Below are positions 22,630-23,995 of a DNA stretch of 23,995 nt, in pieces; the first letter of the stretch is position 1; each line of letters begins with the position of its first letter. Made by a program: the position numbers and the translations under genes. The DNA lies in assembly GCA_010909165.1 (NCBI GenBank), contig VJWM01000389.1:1-23995 (forward strand). Reading direction: 5' to 3'. The notes beneath the pieces are model-generated. The model was not told where the DNA came from. It did no database searches and worked only from the letters and a program-made list of their open reading frames with translations. This stretch comes from Anthoceros angustus (taxonomy: Eukaryota; Plantae; Anthocerotophyta).

Positions 22630-23234
22630 GCAGTTGGAGGAAATTAATCACATTAAGGAAAAATTAAGAGTTGTATTGGGAAGAGCCTGATCCTGCCTGC
22701 CCTCGTTGATAGCCAGTCTGTTAAAACAGTAGAAAGGCTCACAGGTTATGATGGGCTAAAAGGTTAAGGGGCGTAAAAGCACATTGTAGTAGATACGCAA
22801 GGTTTTTATTAACATGCTGTGGTAGGAACTGCTGACGAAAACGAGCGAGCGGGCTTAATTAAGCTGTTAGACAAATGCAAAAGTTTATTTTCAACCATCC
22901 CCAAAGTTTGGGCGGATATAGGCTATCAAGGCACTTTATTAAAGCAAACCCGCCAAAATAAATATGAGATTGGCTTTGAGATCGTTAGAAGGCCTCCTCA
23001 GGTACTGGATGCATAGGGATAAAATAGCAGAGTTTTCAAAACCATTGATTTAAGCTTTAAAGTCCTCCCCAACAGGTGGATTGTGGAAAGGACTTTTGCA
23101 TGGATTGGGCGTAATCGAAGAACTCTAAAGAGTATGAGTATCTAGCAACTACGAGTGAAAATTGGATTTATCTATCGATGATTAGACTGATGTTAAGGGT
23201 TGATGAGGTAAAGAGGGTTTTAAGATAACCTCTA
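22630..23234 (+). mobile_element. IS5-family (IS1031-like) transposase, 5'-truncated, with right IR
   Basis: [63 protein letters not shown]; stop at ~23209-23211; IR ttaagataacctc. Confidence 0.9.
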
Positions 23235-23242
23235 CAACTATT

Positions 23243-23866
23243 CTACAATTGAAAACGCTGCCTTATCTTTTCTGCAATATCTTTAAAGGATTTTCCGCTA
23301 ATTCAAGCTTGGTAATGAGACAGCCAATTTCTGCAGGAAGACTGGTTAGCTGGTTTTGATTTAAGTAAAACCATTGCAGCTCAGACAGCTGCCGATTTCT
23401 GCAGGCAGAGTGGTGAGCTGGTTTTGATTTAAGTCAAGCATTTGCAGCTGGAGACAGCTGCCCGATTTCTGAGGCAGAGCGGTGAGCTGGTTTTGATTTA
23501 AGTAAAGCGTTTGCAGCTGAGACATCTGCCCGATTTCTGCAGGCAGAGCGGTGAGCTGGTTTTGATTTAAGTAAAGCGTTTGCAGCTAGAGCCGCCAATT
23601 TCTGCAGGAAGACTGGTGAGCTGGTTTTGATTTAAGTAAAGCCATTGCAGCTAGACAGCTGCCTGATTTCTGCAGGCTGGTGCTGGTTTTGATTTAAATC
23701 AAGCGTTTGCAGACAGCTGCCCGATTTCTGCAGGCAGACTGGTGAGCTGGTTTTGATTTAAATCAAGCTCTTGCAGCTGAGACATCCGCCCTATCAGGTG
23801 AGCTGGTTTTGAGCTATGAAGCCTTGCAGCTAGACAGCTGCTGATTTCTGAGGTAAATAAGTCAAG
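23243..23866 (-). CDS. Leucine-rich repeat protein (23-aa repeats), C-terminal part; frameshifted
   Basis: At least 8 copies of LQxLxLNQNQLT(A/S/T)LPAEIGQLSQ; C-cap ELAENPLKDIAEKIRQRFQL-stop. Confidence 0.92.
23325..23866. repeat. ~69-bp tandem coding repeat underlying the LRR
   Basis: Recurring gctggttttgatttaa and ttgcagct motifs about 65-69 bp apart (spacing blurred by read indels). Confidence 0.92.
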
Positions 23867-23995
23867 CTGAATTTGTCGGCTCATTACAACGGACCTCTGT
23901 GTACATCACAGTGATTCTGAAATGCAAGCATCCTCGCCGATGACATAGTGGTACGCTTGCATCGGGAGGAACAAAGCCATTGTTACAACGAAACA

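Noticed and set aside
23325-23866. 69-bp periodic repeats as a CRISPR array
   Set aside because: The period equals 23 codons and translates to a canonical LRR; there are no unique spacers.
1-23995. Alternative genetic code or programmed frameshifting as the cause of short ORFs
   Set aside because: Breaks are frame changes at varied sites, not one stop codon at conserved residues; Trp is encoded by TGG in conserved motifs such as EFWQGR.

Overview
AT-rich chromosomal segment from an environmental chlamydia, most likely Parachlamydiaceae and probably Neochlamydia-like (euo, tandem Npt/NTT transporters, 23-aa LRR genes ending in ...KIRQRFQL, IS debris). Nearly every gene, including the essential gltX and pgk, is broken by many small indels. 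This looks like an unpolished long read rather than true pseudogenes, so CDS ends are reconstructed across frameshifts and are approximate. Order: 3' part of an M16C/PreP peptidase, euo (-), tsp, gltX, an MscS/YnaI channel, two orphan coiled-coil ORFs, a GT25 glycosyltransferase (-), a pgsA-like gene, ntt2- and ntt3-like transporters (-), pgk (-), pdxH, then a two-gene operon, nested IS982/IS5 remnants and two LRR genes (-). The best candidate for an undescribed system is the operon at 18902-21324. It encodes a signal-peptide protein with a Firmicutes-like N-domain, a DUF11 domain and an FN3-like Cys-containing C-terminal domain. Its stop overlaps the start of a small Cys-Cys-containing outer-membrane beta-barrel, suggesting a dedicated surface display or anchoring pair.
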